From a virus: a stretch of DNA of 64,000 nt. How positions within the stretch are numbered: the stretch's first letter is position 1; each line of letters starts with the position of its first letter. The DNA is taken from positions 1 to 64,000 of the IMG/VR virus record IMGVR_UViG_3300037346_000419; one strand, given 5' to 3'. The notes under the pieces were generated by a model. The model saw nothing but the letters and a program-made list of their open reading frames with translations, did no database searches and was not told the origin of the DNA. Shown one piece after another: positions 31,018 to 41,431 of this stretch. Position numbers and translations under genes: made by a program.

Positions 31018-32052
31018 TTATAGAAGATTTATATTTTTATCTCTTAAAAAATCTATTAAATTTTGTTTTCCTTTATTTTCTATTAAATCTGATGCATCTG
31101 AAATTTTATCTTTTAATAAATTTTCATTTAACCATATTTTTTCTATATTATTAATACCTAATGATATTAATAAATCATATAGTTTTATAGAAGCTTTTAT
31201 TCCAGCTTTATCATTATCAAAAAAAATAATAATTTTATTAAAAGAATTTAATAAATTTTTTAATATTTCCTTATCAGGAAACATTCCTTCATTTTGAAAC
31301 CAAATTACATTTAAATTTAGATTTTTTAATACTCTATAATCTTTATAAGATTTAGTAATTATTATATTATCTGAATTATTATCTATGAAATTTATTCCCC
31401 CAATATCATTATTATCACAATTAGTTATAAATTTTTTAACTTTTTGCTCAGGTCTATAGATTTTCTTTTTATTATCTTTAAAATCTGTATAGCAATAACA
31501 TAAATCGATGGGTCTAACAGTTATATCTCCTTTTCTTGTATTCAATAGTTTGAATTTTTGAATTGGAAAAACTTTATCATCTATTAAATTTTGTTTAGTA
31601 ATTTCATAAGGAGTCCAATAAAGACCATCTATTTTACTGAAATTTCTTGTTGCAATTAGAATCTTAAAATCTTTTTTAATAACATTGACTTTTTTGACTT
31701 TTTTTACAACTGGTTTTATAACAAAATTTTTATTTTTTATGATATTTTTATTTATAAAAGCTAAAGTTTCATAAAAATTCTTTAAATTGTATTTTAGTTT
31801 GATTGCATCAAAACAATCAATTTTTAGATTATCTGCATAATCAACAAATCTTAGGGTGTTAGCATCTAATTCAAACCAACACCCTGGATTTGTATCATCT
31901 CTAAAAGGAGATATGATATATTCAAATTCTATAGGTTCAAAACCAAATACATAAGCAAATATATCTTGTTCAGATACTTTATTAAGTATAGATTCTTTAC
32001 TAATAAAACCTTTAACTTCTATATTATCTGTTATTTTATCATAAATAGACAT
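31018..32052 (-). CDS. DNA primase (Toprim)
   Basis: SPFRDDTNPGC N-terminal region, IITKSYKD, FFDNDKAG and SDASD. Confidence 0.8.
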   Translation of the reverse strand: MSIYDKITDNIEVKGFISKESILNKVSEQDIFAYVFGFEPIEFEYIISPFRDDTNPGCWFELDANTLRFVDYADNLKIDCFDAIKLKYNLKNFYETLAFINKNIIKNKNFVIKPVVKKVKKVNVIKKDFKILIATRNFSKIDGLYWTPYEITKQNLIDDKVFPIQKFKLLNTRKGDITVRPIDLCYCYTDFKDNKKKIYRPEQKVKKFITNCDNNDIGGINFIDNNSDNIIITKSYKDYRVLKNLNLNVIWFQNEGMFPDKEILKNLLNSFNKIIIFFDNDKAGIKASIKLYDLLISLGINNIEKIWLNENLLKDKISDASDLIENKGKQNLIDFLRDKNINLL

Positions 32053-32077
32053 CTAACAAAGTTAAGGAATATATTTG

Positions 32078-32803
32078 TCACCCCCAAGAAGCTTTACTAG
32101 AATCTGTTATAGGACTATCAGTAGGTTTAACTTTATCGTTTTGCTCATTAGCTTTTGGGCTTTCCATGTAATTAGTATTTCTAGTAATTACATGTGTTTC
32201 TCCTTTTGAATTAACATATTTTAATCCATCAGCATCAACAACTTTTTCCCAAGGCCCTGGCATAGCAGGAGATAAAAATTTACCACCTTTCATGTTTTGA
32301 GGTAATTGAAGAAAAGTTCTTGTGTTATCAGCTTTTATAGCCCATTGATATTCTAAAAACACATCTACATCTCTATCTGCAAAATTTGCTGGTAATAAAG
32401 ATACTAAGATTTGCGCCCAAGATTTAAAATCTGTAGGAGGAGTTGCTAAAGATTTCTTAATTTGTTCATCTGTAACTCCAAGAGCTTTTAAAGCATGGAT
32501 TACTACTGCTCCATTTTGAGTCATTTCAGCTATTTTAGCTTCTTCATAACCTTCTCCACCTGGCTCTGTTAAAGCTCCACTTACATATAAAGCTCCAGTA
32601 ATATCATAAATTCTATTTCTGTATTCTTTATTAGGTGTAGTAACAGTTAATAGGATAGCATCTGCTGCTGCTCCATCTTTTCCTGCTGTTTCACTAAATT
32701 CAAAAGTTGTAATTTTACCTGAAGTTAAACCAAAAGTATCATAACTTGAAGATTTACCTTGAAGATTTTCATCTTCATCATTTACATATCCAAATACTGA
32801 CAT
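32078..32803 (-). CDS. Putative single-stranded DNA-binding protein
   Basis: Position next to primase, highly expressed-type composition, flexible tail ending in Trp-Gly. Call is from context only. Confidence 0.5.
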   Translation of the reverse strand: MSVFGYVNDEDENLQGKSSSYDTFGLTSGKITTFEFSETAGKDGAAADAILLTVTTPNKEYRNRIYDITGALYVSGALTEPGGEGYEEAKIAEMTQNGAVVIHALKALGVTDEQIKKSLATPPTDFKSWAQILVSLLPANFADRDVDVFLEYQWAIKADNTRTFLQLPQNMKGGKFLSPAMPGPWEKVVDADGLKYVNSKGETHVITRNTNYMESPKANEQNDKVKPTDSPITDSSKASWG

Positions 32804-33108
32804 TATGCTTCTTCTCTTTCTTGTAATATTGAACTTAAATGAACTACTTCTCTTTCTGGTTGTAATTCTTCTGTGATTTCATTTTCATTTTCAATTTGCG
32901 TATCTGATATAGATTCTTCATCTGTATCATCCACTAAAACTGAAGTTAATGGTTTGTGCATTCTTAACCCTTTTAATTTAGGATGTTTAAAATGTTTTTT
33001 TAATTCGCCTAAAGTAATACCATACTCATTTGCGATTTCTTGTCTTGTTTTTCCTTGCTCTAAGAGAGATTTAATCCCACTTATGCTTATTTTAACTGGT
33101 TCTTGCAT
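32803..33108 (-). CDS. Small HTH-like protein with acidic tail
   Basis: LLEQGKTRQEIANEYGITLGELKKHF. Confidence 0.6.
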   Translation of the reverse strand: MQEPVKISISGIKSLLEQGKTRQEIANEYGITLGELKKHFKHPKLKGLRMHKPLTSVLVDDTDEESISDTQIENENEITEELQPEREVVHLSSILQEREEA

Positions 33109-33137
33109 TAGTTTTATTATTTATTATTTATTGTTTA

Positions 33138-34211
33138 TTAATATGTTAGTAATTTTTCAATTATAAAATTGTAGTCATTATCAATTATAGGTTCAAATAG
33201 TTCCATTGGACTTCTAACTGTATTAAAACCATCATTTTGAGTTTCTAATATATATTTTGATTCACTATTTTCTTTAATAACTTTGGCATAAAGTACAGTT
33301 TCATATTTACCTTCAAGTTGCATTTTAGTTGCCATATTACCTAAAGTTTTCAATCTATATCTCATGTCATTTCCATGTTTATACTCTTCAAGATGTGCTG
33401 TTAAAATAGCATATCTCTCTTCTTCAAACATATTTTTTGATAGTCCCATTTTTATGTGATTTGTAATATCATCATAAGTTTTAGGTATTACATGATAGGG
33501 TATTATAGGGTTATTTTTTTTACCATACTCTTCTTTTCCTCCTACCCAAACAGGATTCTTATTATCTGCATTAAACCATATATTAGTTTTACTAGGTAGT
33601 GTTCTCATACCAGTACTTTTTCCTGTCTTTATATTCTTTTAAGTTCGTTACTTCTTAAAATGTTCTCTAATGAACTACTTGTATTCTCACACAAGAATAG
33701 ACTATATCTTTATCCTATAAGGATAATCCCCTTTTCCACCCACTTGGGTGTACAGCTTCCAACAGCTTAGTCGTTGAACCTTACCCTTATTATTTTCATA
33801 ACTTAGAGTCTTGGCTGCTGATTGTCACATAATAAGAAATTTTCAAACATTCATAGTGTAATTTCTTCACTATTGTAGTTTTCTTATCTTCGAGATATTC
33901 CAGCAATTAAAGGATTTCATTATATAGATTACTCTATATAAGGGCTATATTTTAAATATTTATTGTATTTTCTATCTAAATAAATTGTAGCATTATCAAA
34001 TATACAATAATTAATTAACATAACCTGGACTACCCACAATTAGAATTGTTTCAAAACCTAAAGATTGTAAATCAGATTGTAATTGCCATATTGACATACC
34101 ATAGTCTTTCCACTTATCGTGTCCTGGCTTTTTTAATGAAGTCATGTATTCTTCATTTTGAATACCTGTTAAGGTATCAATACAGACTGTTCTTATTTTT
34201 GTTTCATTCAT
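33138..34211 (-). CDS. AAA_24/Sak4-like P-loop ATPase, split by a group I intron (exons 34023-34211 and 33138-33626, 225 aa spliced)
   Basis: Splicing restores Walker A GSPG|TGKST. Also ILTAH, KTLG, EGKYETVL, NTVRSPMELF and IDND. Confidence 0.85.
33627..34022 (-). mobile_element. Group I self-splicing intron (396 nt, no ORF) in the ATPase gene
   Basis: AATTGCTGGAA, AATCAGCAGCC, GTTCAACGACTA and AAGATATAGTCT. U at the exon end and terminal G. Confidence 0.92.
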
Positions 34212-34225
34212 TTATTTTTTTATTT

Positions 34226-35356
34226 TTATTTATTTGGTATTATTAATGGTTCAAAATTTTTCCAACCCCCATACATATTAACTCTAAAGTGTTGTGGAAA
34301 CTCACAATGTCTGCTTTCCACTAAATGTAAAGTTCTTAGTTTAGGATATAAAGGATTACCTTTACTGTCTTTTATTTCTGCACCAAAATGTTTCATTAAA
34401 TTATATCTTGTATCATTTGGATTTAACATAGTTATTAGATAATCACAATCTTCAGCTACATTACCCGAATCTTTCACATCATCACTTGAGGGATGTAATT
34501 CATCTCCAAATTGTTTAAATCTTTCTACACTTGTTAAACTTCTATTTAAATGTATTACATTTACAAAGTTATAATTTATTAAATTTTTTAATATTACACT
34601 GTATTCAGACATTTTATCTACAGTTTGTTTCATTTGCATTTGCCTTTCAGGAATCAGTTTTCTTAAATGGTCTATTAATACAACAGTGAATTTTTTTGAA
34701 TCGTTTTCAACATAACTTGTTAATCTTTCATATCCTTTTTCACCTGTATATATGAGTTTACCATTTGCTTCTGCATGTTTTAAAAGGTTTTTATAAACTC
34801 CTGTAGGATTATCTGTACTTGTAATAAAAATTATTGCTCCTCTTTTAGTTAAAATATTACTATCATTATATTCTCCAAATAAAGGTATTATTCTATCTGG
34901 ATATATTTTAAATAGTAACTCTTCAATCTTTTCATCTACTTTAATTAATTCATCATTATCATCTAATAATTTCCCAAGTAAGTAATCTGCATCTAATTCT
35001 ATTACATTCTTACCTTTTTTTGTAATCCCTGGGGGTAAAGTAATATATGTAATATTGTAATCATGATACAAAAAATAACAAGCAAAATTAAATTCTTGTG
35101 TTATCCTATCCATTTCTAATGAGTAATATATAAATTCAATAGGAATGTTATTAGCTAAACAAAATAGATAAGGTTGAATGATAAAAGCATAATTTATAAA
35201 AGTGGATTTACCTGTTTTAGGAGGAGAAGCAATACCATAGTACCTAGCTTTTTGCAAACCGTTTAACGCTTTAGTAAACGGAGCTAAACCTGGCCCAAAG
35301 GGTATTCCTCTATTTTCTCCTAATTGACCTTTTTTGTAATTTTTTATAAAAGTCAT
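34226..35356 (-). CDS. DnaB-like (SF4) replicative helicase
   Basis: ASPPKTGKST, YSLEM, LIDH, HLNR and DVKDSGNVAEDCD. Confidence 0.85.
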   Translation of the reverse strand: MTFIKNYKKGQLGENRGIPFGPGLAPFTKALNGLQKARYYGIASPPKTGKSTFINYAFIIQPYLFCLANNIPIEFIYYSLEMDRITQEFNFACYFLYHDYNITYITLPPGITKKGKNVIELDADYLLGKLLDDNDELIKVDEKIEELLFKIYPDRIIPLFGEYNDSNILTKRGAIIFITSTDNPTGVYKNLLKHAEANGKLIYTGEKGYERLTSYVENDSKKFTVVLIDHLRKLIPERQMQMKQTVDKMSEYSVILKNLINYNFVNVIHLNRSLTSVERFKQFGDELHPSSDDVKDSGNVAEDCDYLITMLNPNDTRYNLMKHFGAEIKDSKGNPLYPKLRTLHLVESRHCEFPQHFRVNMYGGWKNFEPLIIPNK

Positions 35357-35886
35357 TATTGCATAGTGTTAGTTATGTTGTTTCTACCTAAAATATCTGT
35401 ATTTAAATTTTTATATTTATTAATCCAAGTTAATATATCACATATTTTATTAACACCTGCTCCTTTCTCAATAAAATAATGAGGTAATCTTATAAAATTT
35501 AAATCTGAACTTCTTAAATACAAATTTGTACCTTGAATAACATCTTCTTTTCTTATTTCAGGGTTGTTTGCAAAGAGTTTTTTCATTCTAATTACAGATT
35601 CTTTTTCATAACTAGCTTTTTTAGGGTTAGCTTTTTCAAATAATTTTATATATTCTTTTTCTACCCATTCAAAATTTGTTTCTGATTCTTCATATAAACC
35701 TACTTTCCAAGTTAAGCCTTTAGAATCTCCAGTAACAATATTTGTTACATTAATTTTTTTCTTTAATTCATCTGGAATATAACTTGGTTTATATCCGTAA
35801 TATAAAGATATTAAATAACAAATAGCATCATCTTTATTTATATTGTAAGCTCTTAATGTTTCAATTATTTTTTCATTAATTTTCAT
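35356..35886 (-). CDS. Hypothetical replication-module protein
   Basis: 176-aa ORF coupled to the helicase gene. Confidence 0.6.
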   Translation of the reverse strand: MKINEKIIETLRAYNINKDDAICYLISLYYGYKPSYIPDELKKKINVTNIVTGDSKGLTWKVGLYEESETNFEWVEKEYIKLFEKANPKKASYEKESVIRMKKLFANNPEIRKEDVIQGTNLYLRSSDLNFIRLPHYFIEKGAGVNKICDILTWINKYKNLNTDILGRNNITNTMQ

Positions 35887-36056
35887 TCTTCATCTGTCCC
35901 ATGTATTTCATTAATATTAATTATAATTCCTAATTTAAAAGAATTATTAGCTTCTTCTATACTATTAGCTTTTATATTAATCCACTCTTTATCTTGTTTA
36001 CCAATAGGTAAATATATTATTCTATAAGTTTTCATAATTTTTTTAGTATTAATTCT

Positions 36057-37163
36057 CTAAATTTTCTCATTTATATATTTTATTTTTTCTTTATTAAAAT
36101 TTTCTAATGTGGAAGCTACCCACTTTTCATCTTGTGTGTTTTTTAAACAAATTATCCATATAGTAGCTTTATAATTGATTTGTTCTAATAATACTCTACT
36201 AATTTTTTGACTTGTCATACCATTTTTATCTGAATCAGCTTGTATTAAAATTAAATGGTCAATGTTCTTATAAGTAAATCCTATACCTCCAGAATTTACC
36301 ATAGCAATTGTGTCAATTTCTCCTGATTGAAATTTTTTTAAATCCTCATTTGTAGTTTTACTATGATAAGTATTTTTACAAATATCTTCAGCTTGTTTAA
36401 TATTTGCTGTAAATATTAATTTCTTACCTTTCAACTGACTTATTAAAATTTTTGCAGCTTTAAATTTACTTGTAGAATTATGAATTAATCTCATTCTATT
36501 TAGTATTTTAAATTTTAAAAATTTATTCTCATTATTTTCTATTGCTATTGCTATACTTTGAGATAAATAATTATAATTAGCTAGTTCTGAAGTTAAAAAA
36601 GTATTGTTTTTATTTCCTACTTTTAAATTCTTTTCATTACTAAGATTCACATTTAAAACTTTAATTTCATAATTAGATAATATTCCAATATTAACAGCTT
36701 CATTTATAGATAATCTATATAATAAAGGTAGTTTTAATTTTCTATACAAATCTTTCTTATTTTCATGTTTTGTTTGTGTTCCTGTCATAAAAATTGTTTG
36801 ATTACTTTTTAATTTACCATTTAACATAGTTTCTAAATTATTTTCAGTAGCAAATTGTTCTTCATCACCTATAATTATATCGTAGTGTCCTTCAATTTTA
36901 TTTAAAGATGCCCAGGTAACAGTTGTTAACTTTTTAAGATAAGCTTTAGCTTTCCACTTTACAAATTCTTGAGGTATATCTTCTTCAGCTAATTTAGCAG
37001 AAGGAGTAATCCAAAGAATTGTTTTTGGTTTTACTTTTTTGATAATATCAATCGCAATTTTTGTTTTTCCACATCTAGGAGCTAATAGAAGTCTACCATG
37101 TAATTTTGAAGGTAAACTATCTAATATTTCTTTTTGAGTTTGATTTTTTTCTTTACTTGTCAT
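36057..37163 (-). CDS. SF2 helicase-like ATPase
   Basis: APRCGKT, IGDEEQ, MTGT and a degenerate QxxxRxL motif VI. Confidence 0.8.
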   Translation of the reverse strand: MTSKEKNQTQKEILDSLPSKLHGRLLLAPRCGKTKIAIDIIKKVKPKTILWITPSAKLAEEDIPQEFVKWKAKAYLKKLTTVTWASLNKIEGHYDIIIGDEEQFATENNLETMLNGKLKSNQTIFMTGTQTKHENKKDLYRKLKLPLLYRLSINEAVNIGILSNYEIKVLNVNLSNEKNLKVGNKNNTFLTSELANYNYLSQSIAIAIENNENKFLKFKILNRMRLIHNSTSKFKAAKILISQLKGKKLIFTANIKQAEDICKNTYHSKTTNEDLKKFQSGEIDTIAMVNSGGIGFTYKNIDHLILIQADSDKNGMTSQKISRVLLEQINYKATIWIICLKNTQDEKWVASTLENFNKEKIKYINEKI

Positions 37164-37363
37164 GCTATAGCTGTTATTCGATATTTAATTGTTATTAAAA
37201 AACACTCTGGTTTAAAGTCTTCAGGTAACATAGGAGAAGTAAACAAATCACTATTCTTATCTGTTATAATAAGAATAGGAATTTGCATATTTTTTAAAAG
37301 TATATCTGGTAAAAGATTTAATTGTTCTGTATTAAATACAGCATAAATATTTACATCAAACAT
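37160..37363 (-). CDS. Hypothetical protein
   Basis: 67-aa co-directional ORF. Confidence 0.4.
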   Translation of the reverse strand: MFDVNIYAVFNTEQLNLLPDILLKNMQIPILIITDKNSDLFTSPMLPEDFKPECFLITIKYRITAIA

Positions 37364-37596
37364 CTTTTTTAATTAAATTAAGTGCTTTTTGTAATCCTTT
37401 TTCTTTAGTTAAAACTGTTGTTTCAAATTTTATAATTTCATCTTTCATTTTAAATAATTTTTAATTTTTCATTTTGCTGCTGTACTTTTTCTACACATTT
37501 ACCACATAAGTCTCGCATATAAAATAGGTAGTAAGAAACATAAAATGGTTTACCACAAAGACATTGTTTTAATCTATCTTTCGTATCTTTCATATC

Positions 37597-39594
37597 TTAA
37601 TGGCAATCTGCATAATTTAAACCCCAATCCATACTAATATTAATTTCTACATTTAACTTAATTTGTTCATTTGTTTCTATAATACTTTTCTCTAATATTT
37701 TTTCCATTTTTTCTTTTTTATCTTTTTTACATAAAAGTAATATTTCATCATGATACTGTAAAAGTATATTCATATAATTAGTATCTAATTTATTTTTTAC
37801 ATTTCTAACCCAAGTATCAAAAAAATAAACTCCTGCACTCTGATTGAGGGTCGAAAATTTATCTTTATCTGCTTTAAGAAAATAATAAAAACCACTAACA
37901 GGGTTATATAACCATTTTTGTTTTTGGTTTATTACTACATATTCTTTTTTATAAACTTTATTACCTTTTTCATCTACAAAATCTAAAACTAATTTTTGTA
38001 CCCAATTTTTACTATCAACTATTATTACTTTTGTGTCTTTTGCAGTCTGTTTAACTGCTTTATTTCTTTCCCAATAAGTTTTATGTAATATTGTAGCAAA
38101 AGCTATATCACATTTAAGTGTTAAAGCTATTTTAGCTGGGCCAGCACCATAAGTTGCAGAAAAATTAACTACTTTAGCTTTATTTCTAACAACTTTAATA
38201 ATTTTTAATCTACCCTGTTCATCAGAGGTAAAAATATAAGTTTTATCTTTAGATTCACACCATTTAAAAAATACTTCATCATCTTTAGTTAGCATACCTG
38301 CTAAAACAGCTATATCAATATGAGGGTCAAATCCTGGTACTCTCATTGCATTTACATAATCAGGGTCATAAAAATATATAAAATGCTGTTTGGTATTATC
38401 CTCTAAACCACTAACATCACTACCACACATAATATAAGAATCATCAGGTACTATTAAAGCCCCTCTAATTTGTTCTCCATAATATGTATTTACTTTTGGT
38501 AAATTTGATATAGGTTTCTTATGTTTTAACCTTATAGTATTAGTAAAACCTTGAGCAGAAGCATAAACTTTGTTATTTTCATCTTTATTTTCTATATAAG
38601 ATTTAAATAATCCATATCTATGTTTTGCTTTATACAAACCTTCAAGAGATTCTAAATAAGGATAATCTTCAAATAAATATTTTACACTTTGACATAATCC
38701 TCCTCCAAATGGTAAAGATACTTGAGGTAAATTTTCACCTGTACTTTTACTAATTTTAAAAGTTTGAGGTTGCCAATTTAAACTAAATAACCAAGTTTGT
38801 AATTGTTTATGAGAACCTGGATTAGGTCTTTCTCTTACTTCTTCAGTTTCTTTAGGTAAATTATTCTCTTTTAAATAATCAAACCATTTTTCTCCATAAT
38901 TAGATAATGTTCCATCTATTTTATATAGTTTTTTTGGTTTAGATTTTAACAATTTACCTAATTCTTTTGGCATATTTAAAGATAATTCTTCTATTTTTTC
39001 TTCAATTTCAAACTCTAAGTTTAACATTGATTCTTGAATTAAATTAATATCTAAATCAATACCAATACTTTCTTGGTCTTTTAAACAAAGCATTTTAAAA
39101 TTTAAGTAAGAAAACACTCTATTTATTTTATCTAAATTTCCATAGACATTCATAGCATAATCCATTTGATAGTGGAACAATCTAGTGTTTATTTCAACAT
39201 CAGATTCACACCTATTAATATAAACAGCTACTGGTTGATTTCCCCAATCAGTTATTTTAGGTTTTAAAAAACCTAATCTTTCTCCCCAAAATTCTAAACC
39301 ATGTTTGAAACCTTTTACAGGATATTGATACCAAGATATAGCTAGAGTATCATATACTTTATTAAGAATTTTAATATTTAATATTTTTTCTAAAGCTGGT
39401 ATATCATATCTTATAATATTATGTCCAACTAAAATATAATCTTTTTGTATAAATTCAATTATATCTTTATGTAACACTAGACTGTTTTTTTCAATTAAAG
39501 TTTTGTTTTCATAAATAGCATAAGAAAAACAGTGTGTTTTAGTGATTTTATCTAGTAAGTTATCAGCTTCAATATCAAATATACAATACTTCAT
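37597..39594 (-). CDS. Family A DNA polymerase with 3'-5' exonuclease
   Basis: Exonuclease motifs FDIEAD, GHNIIRYD and RCESDV. Polymerase motifs DVSGLE, AKVVNFSATYG, LNQSAG and YHDE. Confidence 0.95.
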   Translation of the reverse strand: MKYCIFDIEADNLLDKITKTHCFSYAIYENKTLIEKNSLVLHKDIIEFIQKDYILVGHNIIRYDIPALEKILNIKILNKVYDTLAISWYQYPVKGFKHGLEFWGERLGFLKPKITDWGNQPVAVYINRCESDVEINTRLFHYQMDYAMNVYGNLDKINRVFSYLNFKMLCLKDQESIGIDLDINLIQESMLNLEFEIEEKIEELSLNMPKELGKLLKSKPKKLYKIDGTLSNYGEKWFDYLKENNLPKETEEVRERPNPGSHKQLQTWLFSLNWQPQTFKISKSTGENLPQVSLPFGGGLCQSVKYLFEDYPYLESLEGLYKAKHRYGLFKSYIENKDENNKVYASAQGFTNTIRLKHKKPISNLPKVNTYYGEQIRGALIVPDDSYIMCGSDVSGLEDNTKQHFIYFYDPDYVNAMRVPGFDPHIDIAVLAGMLTKDDEVFFKWCESKDKTYIFTSDEQGRLKIIKVVRNKAKVVNFSATYGAGPAKIALTLKCDIAFATILHKTYWERNKAVKQTAKDTKVIIVDSKNWVQKLVLDFVDEKGNKVYKKEYVVINQKQKWLYNPVSGFYYFLKADKDKFSTLNQSAGVYFFDTWVRNVKNKLDTNYMNILLQYHDEILLLCKKDKKEKMEKILEKSIIETNEQIKLNVEINISMDWGLNYADCH

Positions 39595-39596
39595 AT

Positions 39597-39866
39597 TTAT
39601 ACTATTTCAAAACCATGTATTACATTACCATCTGTAAGTGTTACATTATTTATATATTTATTTCTTGGAGATAATTGAATTTCTTCATTAGTCCAACATA
39701 AAAATATTTCTTTTTCAATATAATTATCTTCTTCATTATTTATTAAAGCATATACATATATTTTATTATTATGGGTTGTAAGTTTTAAAATTTCATGTTG
39801 AATTGGTAGCTTAATTATATTTTTTCCTCTTATTTTAAGAAGATATTTATGTATTTTTTGTGACAT
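39597..39866 (-). CDS. Hypothetical small phage protein
   Basis: 89 aa, IHKYLL...LP...VIHGFE pattern seen in small phage proteins. Confidence 0.55.
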   Translation of the reverse strand: MSQKIHKYLLKIRGKNIIKLPIQHEILKLTTHNNKIYVYALINNEEDNYIEKEIFLCWTNEEIQLSPRNKYINNVTLTDGNVIHGFEIV

Positions 39867-40125
39867 TTTCTTTTTTTAATTTATCTAATTTAATAATTTG
39901 TGGTCTACCCTTAAAAAATAAAGAGGTCATATTACCTTTTGGTCTACTACGATAAAAAATTTTATATTCATTATTGTATATAATATGACTGCTTAGTAAA
40001 TATATACCTCTTATTTTTCTAGGTCTCATAAACATTTTACTTTTATTCCAGTTATTTACTTTAAATAGTAAACAGTAAATAAAACAATTTCCGTATTTAA
40101 GATTAAATGTCTTGATGTTTCTCAT
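39847..40125 (-). CDS. Hypothetical basic protein
   Basis: 92-aa co-directional ORF. Confidence 0.5.
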   Translation of the reverse strand: MRNIKTFNLKYGNCFIYCLLFKVNNWNKSKMFMRPRKIRGIYLLSSHIIYNNEYKIFYRSRPKGNMTSLFFKGRPQIIKLDKLKKENVTKNT

Positions 40126-40465
40126 TGGCTAATTTTTATTTTCAGAATACCTATCTATAATAGATACTAACATTTTTAGGTTTTTTCTATACGTTTTTCT
40201 ATTTTCTTTTGCATACTTTAACTGTAGTTCAAGGTTTTTAATTTTATCATTAAACTCATTTTCCATTTTACTAATAGTTACACTTACACCAGTCATAAAA
40301 CTTTTTTTATTTTCAGCTTCATTGTAGCATATTTGCGAAGGGCAAACCTGCGCCTATACCCGATACGTTATATATCAATCGTAAATAGTTTAACTTCCTG
40401 TCCATCCAAAAGGCCTTTTTTATTGGCTAACTTAGCACTAACTTTTTTTATTGGCTTGCGTGGTT

Positions 40466-41041
40466 TCATAATGCTAATTTTAAAGCTGCAACTATTGCTA
40501 ATCCGCTTCTCCAAAACCAATTCTCTTTTTTACTGGCTTTTAACTTCTTACTTTTTTTGGCTAACTCACTATCTTTGGTCAAAACCTTATTAGCTAAAAT
40601 TTGGTTTTGTTTTGTTACCAATGCTATGCTGCTATCCTGATAACGTATTATTTTTGTTTTGGCTCGGCTTTCTACTTTGCACCCCTCATTACTTTCAAAG
40701 TAGTATAAGGCAGTTTGTTGGCAGCTATCCAGCTCACTCATTAAGTAATCAGTATCAAAAAGCAATTCATCAATTTTGCCCTCATTTTCTATGGTGTAAT
40801 ACTTCCAAATGACTTTGGGTATCTCTTTGTACCTTTTAATAGCTTGTGTACGTGATAGCGTTCTTAATGCGCTATCCTTTAATCTGTTTTGCTCTATGTA
40901 GAAGATTAAGCTATCCTTGCTTATTGTGATGCTATCCTTGTAGTGGTTTTTTATTATTGGCTCAACTGGCTTTTTGCAGTACATCACACCGCAAAATATT
41001 GTAAGCAAGCCAAGGATTATAATTATTGTTCTATTGCTCAT
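40466..41041 (-). CDS. Membrane-anchored coiled-coil protein, possibly spanin-like
   Basis: N-terminal hydrophobic segment with Cys, coiled coil and C-terminal hydrophobic tail. DNA looks more GC-rich than its neighbours. Confidence 0.5.
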   Translation of the reverse strand: MSNRTIIIILGLLTIFCGVMYCKKPVEPIIKNHYKDSITISKDSLIFYIEQNRLKDSALRTLSRTQAIKRYKEIPKVIWKYYTIENEGKIDELLFDTDYLMSELDSCQQTALYYFESNEGCKVESRAKTKIIRYQDSSIALVTKQNQILANKVLTKDSELAKKSKKLKASKKENWFWRSGLAIVAALKLAL

Positions 41042-41195
41042 ATACTTTCTTAATCAAAATTTCCTCACCACTTGATTATGGTGTCTGTTTGGCTAATCGA
41101 GCCAAGAACACCACTTAAATTTGTTGTTGTTGCACTCACACTTACTGCAATTAGCATGGTGAAAATTAATATTATCTTTTTCATTTTGTTTATTA

Positions 41196-41408
41196 TTAAT
41201 AGTTTTTTAAAAAATTCTCTGTTCTTTTAAAATAACCTCTAGTAACAGATATAAAGTGTCCTGAGTTTTCATTTATATCTAATTTTTTTTTAGTTGTTTT
41301 AAACATCTTTGGTAAAGATGGATATTTGTTTTTATCTTTTGGTAATGCTTTTAACATTTTATGTATTTTAAATACATTTTTTACTTTAAATTCTCTTTCT
41401 ATTTTCAT
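41196..41408 (-). CDS. Hypothetical basic protein
   Basis: 70-aa ORF downstream of the tmRNA. Confidence 0.4.
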   Translation of the reverse strand: MKIEREFKVKNVFKIHKMLKALPKDKNKYPSLPKMFKTTKKKLDINENSGHFISVTRGYFKRTENFLKNY

Positions 41409-41431
41409 TTTTATTTATTTTAATTTTTTTG

